A stretch of DNA of 64,000 bases from Roseibacillus sp. (GCA_051251855.1 JBPOGI010000004.1:256001-320000), one strand, 5' to 3'. Positions 51,908-62,204 are shown, counted from the first letter of the stretch. A program made the numbers and translations. The notes: a model not told the origin generated them from the sequence alone.

Positions 51908-53539
51908 ATGGAATGGCTCGAGCAACTACAGAACTACCACGGACCTCCTCTGGTTCTGGCACTGCTCATTTGCCTGGGGACCCTCATTAGCGAAGACCTC
52001 GCCTGCATCGCCGCTGGCATCCTTGCTGCCAAAGGCTGGATTCCGTTTCCCCTCGCGCTCGCGGGAGCTTCTCTTGGCATCTATGGTGGCGACCTCGCTC
52101 TCTACGGCATTGGCCATTTCAGCCAGAAAAGCAAACGACACTGGCGCTGGTTAGATCGACTTGTCTCCGAAGAACGTATCGAGCGCGGACGTCGGCTTTT
52201 CGAACGCTATGGCACACGCTGGATCTTTCTCTCACGCTTCCTTCCTGGCAGCCGCCTTCCCTCCTACATCGCCGCCGGGGCAGTCGGCTGGTCCTTTCCT
52301 CGTTTTACAGGAGCTCTAGGAATTGCCGTCCTCATCTGGACCCCTGTCCTCGTGGGCTTTAGTTTCTACTCTGGTCAAAAGGTTCTCACCTTCCTTGAAG
52401 GCTATCAAAAGTGGGCCTACCCCATCCTCTGGATTCTTGCACTTGTTCTCTTTCTCCTCATCAAGATCATTGTCCCACTCTTCAGCTGGCGCGGTCGCCG
52501 TCTACTCGCTGGCAAATGGCGAAGACTCACCCACTGGGAATACTGGCCACCCGCGATCGTCTATCCCTTCGCCATCGGCCCCCTTCTCTTTCGCCGTTTC
52601 CAAGGAGGGCGCACCCTCGACTTCCTGAGCTGTAATCCCGCCATGCCTCTCTCCGGCTTCGCAATGGAATCCAAAGGCGACATTCTCGACAGCTTCACCC
52701 CACCAACTCTCTCACGTATCCGCATCGCCGACTACCAGCGCTTCACCCAAAAAAACGCTGTTCAAACTATCGCCCACTTCGCGGAGAAACACGGCTGGCC
52801 CCTCGTCCTCAAACCCGATGTTGGCGAGCGCGGCAATGGCGTCGCCATCGTTCGAAACCTCGAAGAAGCTCACCACTGGATGAATCGAATCGGTGAAGGC
52901 CAGGCCCTCGTGCAAGAATATATTCCCGGCCTCGAAGTCGGTATCCACTGGGCTCGCCTCCCCGAAAGGCCCACCGGAATCATCACCTCCATAGCCCGCA
53001 AGCTTCCTCAGAGCCTTCTTGGAAACGGAAGCGACACCATCGAACAACTTCTCCTCAAAGACCCCCGTGCGCGAGCGATGGCCAAGCACTTCCTCCAACA
53101 ATTTGGACTTCGCCTCACTGAAATCCCCGCCGACGGAGAGAAAATCACCCTCACCGAACTCGGCACCCACTGCCTCGGAGCCATCTTCGAAGACGCCCGC
53201 GACTGGATCACTCCCGAACTCTCCCAAACCCTCGACGAAGTCGGCCTCTCCTATGAAGGCTTTCACTTCGGGCGCTACGACATTCGCGTCCCCAACGAAG
53301 AAAGCCTCCGGCGTGGCAAAGGCCTCGTCATCCTCGAACTCAACGGCGTCACCGGAGAACCAGCCCACATCTACCAACCCAACTACCCCCTCCGACGTGG
53401 CCTCAAAGACCTTCGTAAACACTACCAGCTCGCCAGTCAAATTGGACGCGAACTTTGCGAAAAAGGAGCTCCTCACTCCTCTTGGAAAGAACTCTGGACC
53501 ACCATCAAAGAACACAAAAAGGAGCAGGGAGATTCCTGA
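51908..53539 (+). CDS. DedA/VTT membrane domain fused to an ATP-grasp (D-Ala-D-Ala-ligase-like) domain
   Basis: SEDLAC, GDL.LY..G, SRFLPG.R (DedA); WEYWP, LKPDVGERG.GV, QEYIPG, GRYDIR, LELNG...EP.HIY (ATP-grasp). Start MEWLEQ. Confidence 0.85.
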   Translation: MEWLEQLQNYHGPPLVLALLICLGTLISEDLACIAAGILAAKGWIPFPLALAGASLGIYGGDLALYGIGHFSQKSKRHWRWLDRLVSEERIERGRRLFERYGTRWIFLSRFLPGSRLPSYIAAGAVGWSFPRFTGALGIAVLIWTPVLVGFSFYSGQKVLTFLEGYQKWAYPILWILALVLFLLIKIIVPLFSWRGRRLLAGKWRRLTHWEYWPPAIVYPFAIGPLLFRRFQGGRTLDFLSCNPAMPLSGFAMESKGDILDSFTPPTLSRIRIADYQRFTQKNAVQTIAHFAEKHGWPLVLKPDVGERGNGVAIVRNLEEAHHWMNRIGEGQALVQEYIPGLEVGIHWARLPERPTGIITSIARKLPQSLLGNGSDTIEQLLLKDPRARAMAKHFLQQFGLRLTEIPADGEKITLTELGTHCLGAIFEDARDWITPELSQTLDEVGLSYEGFHFGRYDIRVPNEESLRRGKGLVILELNGVTGEPAHIYQPNYPLRRGLKDLRKHYQLASQIGRELCEKGAPHSSWKELWTTIKEHKKEQGDS

Positions 53540-53570
53540 CCTGAAGCAGGTTCGACTCGTGTACCCCCCC

Positions 53571-56054
53571 TTACCCCTGCTCTTTCGTCACGAAAAACTC
53601 CTTGTCCACCTTCCAACCAGATGGCCAAGCCACCCCAGGTAATAACCGTCCCGCACTCCCTGCTTTCCAACCTGTTTGAAAGGTCGATAGCAGTGAACCC
53701 TTCTCATCAGGATGCGGCATTGACCAAGTGAGGATTTCCCCCGACTCCACCAGTGATGGGTAGACCCCTTCTTTCCTCAACGCTTCCTCATCTCCCTCCC
53801 AGCCGTCCAACAATTGAATCATCCGGCCTTCCTTGCGGCAGCTCTTAATCAACTCCTCGGACAACTCTTTACGCCGGAGCGCCAATCGCCTCACACGCTC
53901 CTCACTGGCAACCTTAAGAATCTCTTCCTCACTAGCCCCCTTTTCCACCAGAACCAACTTCACTCCAGCTATCCGAGGAAGAAGCAGCCCCAATACCCTC
54001 GAAACCGAATCCTCCGGTTCCCACTCTAACAAAATCTTCTCTCCTCGGCTCCAGAACCCAACCGAACTCAACTCCCGTGCCTGGCGAACCAAAGGAGCAA
54101 ACTCCTCAGCAGACATCTCGCCCAACTCATGCACTTCCTCCCACCAAGTTGCTGGCTCCTCCGTGAGAAAACGCCCCGGATCAGCAAAGCGACGCTGGTC
54201 GATGGCCTCTCCATCCAAAGCCTCACTTGCCATCGTCCGCCAAATTTTCTCCACTGCCGCCGCACTGACCTCCGTCGGTTCAATGGGCTCACTAAAGGTC
54301 ACAGTCAGCCCAGACCCAATGCGCCGAGGCCACTTCTTAAAATATCGCCCACCCGAAAAGCTCGTAAACGTCCCCCACAACCCATGCATGTATGCGGCCA
54401 CCACTGGACACTTGGCCTTACGCGCAATCATCTCGAAGCCGCGCTTAATCTCACTCGGCGCTCCCGTTCGGCTCAATTGCCCCTCCGGAAAAATGCAAAC
54501 CACATTCCCTGCCGCCGCCTCCTCCGCAGCAATACGAATCGCCTCCTTGGCCCTCTCCGGAGACACCGGCACCGCATTGAAAGTCTGCGCAAATTTGCCC
54601 ACCCACTTGTGGCGATAACACTTCTCGGCAATTAAAAAGCGCACCGGACGTGGACTAGCCGCAGACATCACCAACGCGTCCACAAAGGTCATATGGTTCG
54701 GGCAGAGAATCACCCCTCCCTCCTTTGGCATCTTATCGGCATCAACAATCTTAATACGATAGAAGGACCGAATCAGAGTCACCCCGACAAAGAACCAGAA
54801 ATCCCGAGGTAGTAACTTCATCACATACCGGGTAGTCAGCGCTGCAAAAATCGCAAAAACCACCATCTGAAAACCAATCGGCAACGAGATAGCTTTAAAG
54901 ACAAACTGTAACAGAATCGCTAGCGCTCCCGCCAAATTATTCATCAAGTTCGAGACGCTCAGCACCTTCCCCCGCGCATCACTTGGGCTCAGGTCAATGA
55001 GGTTGGCCTTCAACGGAACCAAGAACACCGCAGCCCCTGCCCCGGCGACAAAGAGACCCAATGAGAACCCCCACCCCGCAGGAGCCAAGGCCAAAACAAT
55101 GGCTCCCACCGTCATCACAAATCCTCCGACTGGCACCAAGCCCAACTCCGTTCCCCGACGACTCAAGAAGCCGGCAGCGATACTTCCCAAAGCAATACCG
55201 ATGCTTGCCGTCGCCATCATCAAAGAATTTGCCGTCCCCGTCCCCGCTCCCCCATTATACATCTCGCTCGCCACCTGATAGACCGCTAACAACATAAAGG
55301 TCGCGAATCCCCAAAAGAAAGCCACCCCCAGCGCACTTAGCTTCAGTGCACGTTGGGACCATACTACTTTAAAGTCTCGCACGTGGCGAAAGGCAACCTC
55401 CTTCGTCAACGGTCCCACCTCATGAGGAGAAGTCTTTTCAATCATCCGAGACAGAACAACTGCAAGAAGGCAACCGCCAAACACCGCAAGCATAGGAGGC
55501 AAGGCTGCCGACCACCCCTCTTTGGTTTCAAGCAATCGCTGGTCAAAAAGAATCCCCGCCACAATCTGGCCAATCAGGACACAAAGAATGGTCACCCCTT
55601 CTGCCACTCCACTACCAAAGGCCAACTTCTTGCGCCCTAACAATTCCTTCAAGATTCCCGCCTTCGCAGGTGAAAGGAGCGCCGACTGCAAGGCCAGAAT
55701 AAAGAACGCCAAAACCGCTAGCGGCAATGACCGCTGCCACATCGCAAAGCACATGAAGCCCAACGCCGCCAACTGCATCCAAGCGGCCCAGCGCACCACC
55801 AGATTCTTCGGAAACCGATCCGCCAACCACCCCGAGCTCGGCGCGAACAAAATATAAGGCAGCACCATCAAAATCCCAAGCAAGTGCTCAATATTGAAAC
55901 CCACCCCCTGTGCCACCAACCAACCGCCCAAAGGCAGTAACATGAAGCGCGCAAAGTTATCATTAAAGGCATTGAGCCCCGTCATCGCCGTCATCGCAGA
56001 ATACGACAACCAATTGCGGCGGGAAGGCTCATGAGCTTCAAGGTCGGTGGACAT
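53571..56054 (-). CDS. MFS transporter fused to PlsC-type acyltransferase (Aas/LplT-like) with degenerate C-terminal domain
   Basis: AFNDN, G.LADRF.K, SPAKAGIL.E (LplT-like); NHMTFVD and FPEG (acyltransferase). Start MSTDLE. Confidence 0.88.
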   Translation of the reverse strand: MSTDLEAHEPSRRNWLSYSAMTAMTGLNAFNDNFARFMLLPLGGWLVAQGVGFNIEHLLGILMVLPYILFAPSSGWLADRFPKNLVVRWAAWMQLAALGFMCFAMWQRSLPLAVLAFFILALQSALLSPAKAGILKELLGRKKLAFGSGVAEGVTILCVLIGQIVAGILFDQRLLETKEGWSAALPPMLAVFGGCLLAVVLSRMIEKTSPHEVGPLTKEVAFRHVRDFKVVWSQRALKLSALGVAFFWGFATFMLLAVYQVASEMYNGGAGTGTANSLMMATASIGIALGSIAAGFLSRRGTELGLVPVGGFVMTVGAIVLALAPAGWGFSLGLFVAGAGAAVFLVPLKANLIDLSPSDARGKVLSVSNLMNNLAGALAILLQFVFKAISLPIGFQMVVFAIFAALTTRYVMKLLPRDFWFFVGVTLIRSFYRIKIVDADKMPKEGGVILCPNHMTFVDALVMSAASPRPVRFLIAEKCYRHKWVGKFAQTFNAVPVSPERAKEAIRIAAEEAAAGNVVCIFPEGQLSRTGAPSEIKRGFEMIARKAKCPVVAAYMHGLWGTFTSFSGGRYFKKWPRRIGSGLTVTFSEPIEPTEVSAAAVEKIWRTMASEALDGEAIDQRRFADPGRFLTEEPATWWEEVHELGEMSAEEFAPLVRQARELSSVGFWSRGEKILLEWEPEDSVSRVLGLLLPRIAGVKLVLVEKGASEEEILKVASEERVRRLALRRKELSEELIKSCRKEGRMIQLLDGWEGDEEALRKEGVYPSLVESGEILTWSMPHPDEKGSLLSTFQTGWKAGSAGRLLPGVAWPSGWKVDKEFFVTKEQG

Positions 56055-56164
56055 GCCTATGTGATAGCAGGTCGCAGGCTTCGGGGGAAATTGATACTGA
56101 CGAGACAACTATTGATTTCCTCGATAGTGATGATTCGCGGTGGCCACTCGGGCAGAAGGCTGGA

Positions 56165-56383
56165 GAGGCCTTGAAAAACCGAAAAACCAAAAACTCAAAA
56201 ACCAAAGGACGGGCCTATGCCTCACGATCCAGATCTAGCGGACCGCGAGTGCCCTCACTCGCTTCTACCGAAACGTTAGACCCCCACCGACCCCGTCAAA
56301 ACCCCAATAAAAAAGGCCGCATGCAAACAAGCAGGCGACCCTTTGGTTTTTGAGTTTTTGAACATTTGGTTTTTCAAGGCCTC
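56165..56383. repeat. About 220-bp element bounded by long inverted repeats built from A-rich 8-mers
   Basis: gaggccttgaaaaacc/ggtttttcaaggcctc (16 bp perfect) and caaaaactcaaaaaccaaagg/cctttggtttttgagtttttg (21 bp perfect). Internal REP-like hairpin at 56238-56262. Confidence 0.75.
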
Positions 56384-56419
56384 ACCGACCTACCCAAACT
56401 GCCCTTCGACGTCGAAAAA

Positions 56420-57187
56420 CTAACTCTCCTTCACAGGCCCCATCGTGCCTTCGGCAGTCCCCTCACCAGCCGCATCCGTCCCAGCAGACTCAGCACTCCC
56501 AGACTTCTCCAGTTCAATTCCCTCAGCTGCCGCAAACTCAGCCAAAGCCATCTCCGCGAGAGCATCCTGCTCGGAAGCCTTTGCGTCAATATCTCCAAGG
56601 TCGAGAGCGTCTTTCGCTACTCTGGCACGGCCTGCAGCCTTGGTGCGCTCCTCTTCCACGATACCTTCAAGACGATTCAAAGTATCACCTGCACCACCGA
56701 TTTCAGTGACCATACCTGCCGCCATCTCATTGAGCTCTGCAGTGGCCTTTTGTAATTTCATGTCGTCGATATCACGAGCGAGGCGCTCGATCTTCTCCTT
56801 AGCCTCTTTGACGGTGACGTCACGGGCGCGCAAAAGCTCTTGATAGCGAGATTCGGCAGCCTCCAACTGCTGTTGAACTTCATCATGCTCCTTCTCGGAG
56901 GACTTGAGCTTGAGAGCATACTCAGCAGCTGCTGCGCGATTGCCGGCCTTCAAATTAGCACCCGTCTTAGCACGAAGCTCCTCTTCTTCACGGCCCAGCT
57001 TTTTTGCCTGGGTGATAAGCCGCTCAACAAGGCCTGCATGATTTGCCAAGCCCTTGTTGAACTCTGAAATCTGTTTACGAAGATTTTCCTTCTCAACCTC
57101 CAAGAGAGCCTCAGGATTTTTTTTCTCCAAACCGCCTACGAAGAGGCCGAAGAAGCCTTTGATAATATTGCCTAGTCTCTTAAACAT
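56420..57187 (-). CDS. PspA/IM30 family protein
   Basis: N-terminal amphipathic helix MFKRLGNIIKGFF, NPEALLE, long coiled coil, A.ALAEF. Confidence 0.85.
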   Translation of the reverse strand: MFKRLGNIIKGFFGLFVGGLEKKNPEALLEVEKENLRKQISEFNKGLANHAGLVERLITQAKKLGREEEELRAKTGANLKAGNRAAAAEYALKLKSSEKEHDEVQQQLEAAESRYQELLRARDVTVKEAKEKIERLARDIDDMKLQKATAELNEMAAGMVTEIGGAGDTLNRLEGIVEEERTKAAGRARVAKDALDLGDIDAKASEQDALAEMALAEFAAAEGIELEKSGSAESAGTDAAGEGTAEGTMGPVKES

Positions 57188-57339
57188 CGTTTTTTCCTTT
57201 TGTTAACAGCGCTACAATGACGTTTGATCGTCCCATTGGGCAAGGATAAGAAACGCGGTAATTTGGAATGGCCTCTCAAGTTCTGTCAGACTTCCTTCGT
57301 GCCCCCGAGCCCTACAACGACTAAAAGGCCTCTTCTCCT

Positions 57340-58239
57340 ATGAAGTTTGCCATTTGCAACGAGACCTTCCAAGACCGCCCCTTCGTGCAACAATGCGAAA
57401 CGGCGGCCGCTCTTGGCTACACCGGACTGGAGATTGCCCCTTTCACGATCTCCCCCAATGACGACGCTACCCGACTGGATCCATCCTATGGCGAATACTT
57501 GTTGGAGACGGCCCAATTTCACGGCCTCGAAATCATTGGTCTCCATTGGCTCCTTGCCAAAACCGACCATCTCAATGACGGCAAAGGCTTCCATCTCACC
57601 TCACCCGATGACGAGCTTCGTGCTGCTACGCTCAAATACACCAAGCACCTCGCCGACCTCTGCTATGCCATGGAAGGCAAGGTGATGGTCTGGGGCTCAC
57701 CGCAGCAGCGGAATATCGAACCCGACTGGTCCCTTGATGACTCCGCCAAACGAGCTTCTGAGCTATTGCGCGAAGCCGCCGAATATTGCGAACCACTCGG
57801 CATTACTATTGCGGTCGAGCCCCTCGGCCATACCGAGACCAATTTCCTCACCTCTGCCCGGGAAACCGCTATTTTGCTCAACCTCGTCGATCATCCCAAC
57901 TGCCAGCTTCACCTCGACGTCAAAGCGATGTCCTACGAACTCGATCGCGAAACTCCTGGCGCTCCAACTCCGGAAGGAATCATCCCGACCCGCGAGCAAA
58001 TCGATAACTACATGGGCGAACTCGTCCGCCATCACCGCAGCCGCCTTGCCCACTTTCACGCCAACGACCCCAACATGTTAGGCCCCGGCATGGGTGCCGT
58101 CGATCACACTGCCGCAGCTGCAGCCCTGCGCGAAATCGATTATCAAGGTTGGGTCTCCGTCGAGGTCTTTAAATACGACCCCTCCCCCAATGAAATTGCC
58201 CAGCGGTCGATGGAATACCTCCAGCAAGTCTACCGTTAG
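57340..58239 (+). CDS. Sugar phosphate isomerase/epimerase (D-psicose/tagatose 3-epimerase-like)
   Basis: CNETF, GLEIAPF, GLHWLL, EPL...ETNF, HLDVKAM, HFHANDPN, SVEVF. Confidence 0.88.
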   Translation: MKFAICNETFQDRPFVQQCETAAALGYTGLEIAPFTISPNDDATRLDPSYGEYLLETAQFHGLEIIGLHWLLAKTDHLNDGKGFHLTSPDDELRAATLKYTKHLADLCYAMEGKVMVWGSPQQRNIEPDWSLDDSAKRASELLREAAEYCEPLGITIAVEPLGHTETNFLTSARETAILLNLVDHPNCQLHLDVKAMSYELDRETPGAPTPEGIIPTREQIDNYMGELVRHHRSRLAHFHANDPNMLGPGMGAVDHTAAAAALREIDYQGWVSVEVFKYDPSPNEIAQRSMEYLQQVYR

Positions 58240-58277
58240 ACAAAAAAGAAACGACGGCTGAATCCGCTCTGGGCGAA

Positions 58278-59381
58278 TCAATCGACAGGAATTTCTTTCA
58301 CCTTGCCGCCCTTTTCCACCATCGTGAACTTGCCGCTAGCCCGCTTGGCCAATTCTTTCATCGCCTCGGCCGCTTTCGGCTCCATCATTGCGATACAATT
58401 CACTATGATTTTGCGAGACTTGGCTTTGTTTCCAACCGATTTTGCCGTGTCCATCGCTGTATCGCCGCCTGTGGTTCCGTCGGTCATGAAGTAAATCACC
58501 TGAGGCCTCGGATCCATATCCATCGCCATTTCCAAAGCGTCGTCCCAGCGAGTTCCCAACACGAGAGGGGTCTCTTTAACGTGCTTCAAGCTATCCAACA
58601 CCACCTGTTTCTTCTCGGCGTCCCGACGCTCGCTTCCAATCAAGCCATCAGTGGTTGGCACCGTCAGCCATTCCGCTCTCTGCTTCTTGCCCTTTGGCTT
58701 TCCGTTGGCCCACTCATATTTCTTCCCATCGAGCCCAGTGAAGACATTATTTCTGGAACCGCGCACATCGGCGACCTTACTACCCGCGACCCATGCCGGG
58801 CCCGCGAAAAAAATCATCTGGTATTGCGTCCCCGGAGTTAAGTCCTTGAGAGACTTCGAGAGCTCCACCTTCATGATCTCTACTCGTTGCTGCGCATTCA
58901 TCGATAAGGAATAATCGATCACGAACGCAATCCGCTCGGCACTACTTTTCTGACCAAAGAAAGTCGTTCCACCGCCTCCACTGGAGCCACCACCACTGCC
59001 CCATCCCGCTCCAAAATCATCACCATCACCAAACTCAATCGATTCTACCGGCATGTCCACTTCAGGGACCGGAATCGCAGTTGGAGAAACCGTATTCGCT
59101 GCAATCACCTTCGCCATCGAAGACGACGGAGCCGACGGCTTCCGCTGCACGCTAGGATTAATTTGCTTCTGCTCAATCTGCTGATCATCCTGAGACGAGG
59201 CTTGATAAGCAACCACATCAGGTTGGGTGAGATTGATTCCCTGAATTGCGACAAGGAAAAGAAGAATTCCAACGAGAACAACTGCTAGAATAGAAATAAG
59301 TAAACTCGAAAGGGTTGCCCTCGCCTTTTGGCGCTTGAGGGCTGCCTCAACCTCGGGACTAATTACACTATTCATGCTCAT
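58278..59381 (-). CDS. Membrane-anchored von Willebrand factor A domain protein
   Basis: N-terminal TM, Pro/Ser/Gly linker, FFG, MIDAS FVIDYSLSM, GTRW..AL, FMTDG. Confidence 0.85.
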   Translation of the reverse strand: MSMNSVISPEVEAALKRQKARATLSSLLISILAVVLVGILLFLVAIQGINLTQPDVVAYQASSQDDQQIEQKQINPSVQRKPSAPSSSMAKVIAANTVSPTAIPVPEVDMPVESIEFGDGDDFGAGWGSGGGSSGGGGTTFFGQKSSAERIAFVIDYSLSMNAQQRVEIMKVELSKSLKDLTPGTQYQMIFFAGPAWVAGSKVADVRGSRNNVFTGLDGKKYEWANGKPKGKKQRAEWLTVPTTDGLIGSERRDAEKKQVVLDSLKHVKETPLVLGTRWDDALEMAMDMDPRPQVIYFMTDGTTGGDTAMDTAKSVGNKAKSRKIIVNCIAMMEPKAAEAMKELAKRASGKFTMVEKGGKVKEIPVD

Positions 59382-59438
59382 GTTTTTGACGTTATTCTTC
59401 AAACGAAGAAAAGGCAACTTCCTTAGTGAAAAGGAGAA

Positions 59439-60791
59439 TTAATCGAATAATCCCTTCAAAAGCCCGCCCGCTTTATCGCGAAGATCGTCGATTTCGTCTT
59501 CGAAAGTGTCCTCCAAATCCTTCAGTAATCCCTTCGCCTCAGGAAGTTGACTGAGAAAATCGAATTCTGGGTCGCTCAGTTCCCCCTTTGAATTCACTCG
59601 CCACAAGACCTGCTTCTCATCAACGAAGCGATTCTGCACCAGTCCCTGTGCCTCTTCGGGAAGGGCATCAAACCACCCTCCGAGAGTCTGACTGACCCTT
59701 TCTCCCGCCAAAAACTCAACTCCAATGTGATGCTGCCCATTCTCGGTCGCAATCCAAGAGTCCCGCGCCAGCCCCACCTCCCATCTACCTGCAGAAAGAG
59801 AAAGCGGCTCAGTTAAAGTCACCCGGTCATCGCGATAAGCACCTACGATACGGCCACTTCGGCCAAATCCAATCCGATCTGGAAGACTCCCGAGCGAAAT
59901 CCCTACTTTCTGGACCTCTTCCACATACCCCCAAACCCGACGAACAATCTTCACTTGTGGATTGAGGTAAGACCCCTCCCCCAAAGCCAAGTCCGCCAAA
60001 ACATCAGCATCAAAGTCACCAGTCTGCTCATCGAAAAGCTTCCCCTTGGCCTCGCCGGCCAACTCTAAATTCACCAATAACAATCCTTCCGAGTCCAATA
60101 AAGTCGCCTGCGCGGCCAAGCTCAAATCTACCTGATTCAAAGTCGCCAGGTCCTCAGGATCAAATTGCAGATCCTTCACTTGAATATCCAGCCCCTCAAT
60201 TTTCAACAGTAGCTTCTCTTTCTCGAAAAGCATTTCCACCTGCCCAGCCTCCAAGCGAGTCTCACCTAGCTTTGCCAACCAGCCATTTTCTTTCGCTTCC
60301 AAGACCCCCTTACTTTTTTTGTCGCCGCCTGCCTCTTCCTTCTCCTCTTCCTTCTCCTCTTCCTTCTCCTCGTCATCTCCTCGAGACTCTTCTGGCTGAC
60401 GAAAGAGTTCTGCAACCGAAAGATCCCCGTCCCGATTCAGACTCATCTGAATCCGTGGCTGAGAAATCACAAAGCGTGTCGTCTCCAAACGACGGGAAAA
60501 GAGCGGGAGAGCCTTCACTCCCAACTCGACTTCAGCCACAAAGATTTCGCTCGGATGAGGAGACGACTCTTTCGGCTTCAGAGAAAGTCCGTGCAAAGTC
60601 ACCTTTTTCGCAAAGAGACTTACCTTCACCTCCTGCACCTCAACGGCAGCATTGAGATTCTCTTCCAGCAACTCCTCCAGATAACTTGCCGAAAAAATTC
60701 GAGCTAGAATCACCTGAGCCAACAAAACCAGAAAAGCCACCGCTAACAAAGCGATGACACCCAATCGAATTCGTTTCTGAGAAGAGGCCAT
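59439..60791 (-). CDS. AsmA-like membrane-anchored protein
   Basis: N-terminal TM and beta-rich V..V.VSLF...L.GL and P.I.M...DG.LS pattern. GGAGG RBS directly after frr. Confidence 0.7.
   Translation of the reverse strand: MASSQKRIRLGVIALLAVAFLVLLAQVILARIFSASYLEELLEENLNAAVEVQEVKVSLFAKKVTLHGLSLKPKESSPHPSEIFVAEVELGVKALPLFSRRLETTRFVISQPRIQMSLNRDGDLSVAELFRQPEESRGDDEEKEEEKEEEKEEAGGDKKSKGVLEAKENGWLAKLGETRLEAGQVEMLFEKEKLLLKIEGLDIQVKDLQFDPEDLATLNQVDLSLAAQATLLDSEGLLLVNLELAGEAKGKLFDEQTGDFDADVLADLALGEGSYLNPQVKIVRRVWGYVEEVQKVGISLGSLPDRIGFGRSGRIVGAYRDDRVTLTEPLSLSAGRWEVGLARDSWIATENGQHHIGVEFLAGERVSQTLGGWFDALPEEAQGLVQNRFVDEKQVLWRVNSKGELSDPEFDFLSQLPEAKGLLKDLEDTFEDEIDDLRDKAGGLLKGLFD
60332..60371. repeat. 12-bp in-frame tandem repeat (about 3.3 copies) encoding EEKE
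   Basis: cctcttccttct repeated perfectly. Confidence 0.8.
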
Positions 60792-60800
60792 TGCGCCTCC

Positions 60801-61367
60801 TTAGACGGTCATCACTTCCGCTTCCTTCTCGGAGGCAGCGGTGTCGATTTTTTTAACAGCAGCATCAGTCAGCTCCTGCACCTGACCTTCAAAGTCTTTC
60901 TGGCTGTCCTCGGTGAGGACGTTGTCGGCTTTCATCTTCTTCCCGTTATCCATGCCAATCTTACGAGCATTGCGAACCCTCACGCGCGCATCTTCAGCCA
61001 TCACCTTGACTCGCTTGACCATCTCCACGCGGCGTTCCTCCGTGAGTTCTGGAATCACGAGACGAATATTCGTGCCGTCAACCGCGGGATTCAGACCCAA
61101 GTTTGCTTCCCGGATAGCCTTTTCGATATCGTTGGTCGTGCTTGGATCAAAGGGAGCGACCATGAGCATGCGAGGCTCTGGAACGGAAATCACCGCCAAA
61201 CCCTTCAGCTTCATCACGCTACCGTAGCTTTGCACGTTCACGTCCACATTATCGACCAATGACGGCGAAGCCTTGCCAGTGCGCACCCCGCCAAATTCTT
61301 GGTCCAAATACTCAAAGGACTTGTCCATCGCGTCCTTCACTTCTGCCAAACTTTCTTCGGGTGTCAT
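60801..61367 (-). CDS. frr: Ribosome recycling factor
   Basis: RTGKAS, IEKAI..ANLGLNP, PELTEERR, RVRNAR, KEAEVM. Confidence 0.97.
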   Translation of the reverse strand: MTPEESLAEVKDAMDKSFEYLDQEFGGVRTGKASPSLVDNVDVNVQSYGSVMKLKGLAVISVPEPRMLMVAPFDPSTTNDIEKAIREANLGLNPAVDGTNIRLVIPELTEERRVEMVKRVKVMAEDARVRVRNARKIGMDNGKKMKADNVLTEDSQKDFEGQVQELTDAAVKKIDTAASEKEAEVMTV

Positions 61368-61409
61368 ATTTTTCGGTAACTAGTTGGGGTTACAGGAGTC
61401 AAAATCCTC

Positions 61410-62168
61410 CTAGGCTTCGCTGCAAACATAAGTGCCAATGTCTGCACCACTCAAGGCTCGTGTGATGTTTCCTTTCACACCTACATCAAAAATCACGATA
61501 GGCATCTCATTTTCCAGACAAAGACTAAAGGCCGTGGCATCCATCACCTTAAGCTGCTTAGTGAGGCAATCGATAAAGCTCACGCGGTCATAGCGCTTAG
61601 CATCAGGATTCTTTTTGGGGTCACTATCGTAGACTCCGTCCACCTGAGTGGCCTTGAAAATGACATCAGCCTCCATCTCGTTCGCTCGCAGCGCTGAGGT
61701 AGTATCGGTTGAGAAAAACGGACTCCCCGTTCCCGCTGCAAAAATCACCACGCGGCCTTGGCTCAAGTGTCGGTCCGCCTTGCGACGAATATACGGCTCC
61801 GCCACATTCTTCATCTCGATGGCACTCTGCACGACACAGTTCACACCTTCCTCCTCAAGCGCGCTCTGGAGAGCCAACGAATTCATCACCGTGGCCATCA
61901 TGCCCACGTAATCTGCCGTTGCTCGGTCCATTCCGCGCGCACTCGCAGAGGCGCCCCGCCAAAAGTTTCCGCCACCGACAACCACCGCAAGCTCCAGCCC
62001 CGTGTTTTTCACCGCATCACGAATTTCGCGTGCCATACGCTCCACAATCTCAGGAGAGATATTATCCTTACTCCCCACCTCACGCAGCGCCTCGCCACTG
62101 AGTTTCAATACCGCTCGCGAAAATTTCCGCGTCCCTGTTGGCTCATTCACTTCGTCACTCACGCTCAA
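61410..62168 (-). CDS. pyrH: UMP kinase
   Basis: LKLSGEAL, GGGNFWRG, DYVGMMAT, PFFSTDT, VDGVYDSDP, VMDATA. Confidence 0.97.
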   Translation of the reverse strand: MSVSDEVNEPTGTRKFSRAVLKLSGEALREVGSKDNISPEIVERMAREIRDAVKNTGLELAVVVGGGNFWRGASASARGMDRATADYVGMMATVMNSLALQSALEEEGVNCVVQSAIEMKNVAEPYIRRKADRHLSQGRVVIFAAGTGSPFFSTDTTSALRANEMEADVIFKATQVDGVYDSDPKKNPDAKRYDRVSFIDCLTKQLKVMDATAFSLCLENEMPIVIFDVGVKGNITRALSGADIGTYVCSEA

Positions 62169-62204
62169 GAGCCTCCGTTATCCGGACCTTGGGGCCAAGC
62201 CTAA

